Source of the DNA: Rubripirellula sp.
GTDB lineage: Bacteria > Planctomycetota > Planctomycetia > Pirellulales > Pirellulaceae
Reading direction: 5' to 3'
Length of the DNA: 64,000 nt
Assembly: GCA_965216875.1 (NCBI GenBank)
Contig: OZ244207.1
Coordinates: forward strand, 5,056,001-5,120,000
The notes beneath the pieces were generated by a model. That model was not told the origin of the DNA and did no database searches. It saw only the letters and a list, made by a program, of their open reading frames with translations. The position numbers and the translations under genes are program-made. The number at the start of each line of letters is the position of its first letter. The stretch's first letter is position 1. Shown piece after piece: positions 63,553 through 64,000 of the stretch.

Positions 63553-63999
63553 CTACGGAAACAGATAACGCAAGAAATTCCGGAAGCGCTGGCCGGGAAC
63601 GTAGGCTACCGGCTGACCAACGATCCCTTGCCCAATCTGAACGGGCTTGCGGTCCTGACCAAAACTGACCAGTGATCTCAATCGACCGTCATAGGTTGGA
63701 ATCGTGGGCGGCGCCACCGTGGCTGCCGGCGCGACAACGGTCGCCCCCGCTGGCGGCAACACCACTGGTGCTGCAATCTCGTTTGGTGGCGGCACGTAAG
63801 GTTGCTGCTGAGCCGGTGCCGCGTAGGCAACGGGCGTCGCACACCCGGCCATCACGGCCGTGTAGCCGCTCGGAGGCGAAATGCAGTTGCAGTTATCGAG
63901 TGTCGCGTAGTCGTTGAGTTGTGGTTGGGCGATCGGTGCATAGTCACTCGGGCTGGCTGGCGCGACCTGAGGCTGGACGGGAGCCGGTGGCAGACCGGA
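63553..63999 (-). CDS. 3' part of a Pro/Ala/Gln-rich hypothetical protein, truncated by the window edge
   Basis: Frame is open to the window end; C-terminus GQGIVGQPVAYVPGQRFRNFLRYLFP. Confidence 0.7.
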   Translation of the reverse strand, partial: SGLPPAPVQPQVAPASPSDYAPIAQPQLNDYATLDNCNCISPPSGYTAVMAGCATPVAYAAPAQQQPYVPPPNEIAAPVVLPPAGATVVAPAATVAPPTIPTYDGRLRSLVSFGQDRKPVQIGQGIVGQPVAYVPGQRFRNFLRYLFP

Positions 64000-64000
64000 T

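Overview
A GC-rich, mostly core-genome 64 kb window from a planctomycete, probably of the Pirellulaceae. The assignment rests on a DUF1549/DUF1553 planctomycete cytochrome c gene next to DUF1501, a TIGR03000-domain protein, an ECF sigma factor with the DAEDAFQATF motif and a long C-terminal extension, and tandem Hanks-type kinases. About 50 CDS are supportable, including gltX, glnS, recA, an SNF2 helicase, thpR, trpA, pgi, gpmI, pcm, ppx, ilvD, uup, ispF, cysS, ruvC, ruvA and hppA. I saw no rRNA, tRNA, CRISPR, phage or transposase. Many intergenic gaps hold mosaic clusters of at least 11 short palindromic REP/REPIN-like families (my labels A-K and X). Several families occur as asymmetric doublets, and their ends supply or overlap the stop codon of six genes. 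Most interesting candidates: (1) an ECF gene with an in-frame internal Shine-Dalgarno, ATG and signal peptide ahead of an STN/secretin-N-like domain; (2) a stand-alone DHDPS-family aldolase with a C-terminal microcompartment encapsulation-peptide-like helix; (3) a circularly permuted F-type (fucose) lectin inside the DUF1553 cytochrome; (4) an SdpAB-like membrane pair; (5) an apparently exported PIMT; (6) a 21-bp bidirectional leaderless promoter. All calls come from motif reading by eye; no database searches were run.
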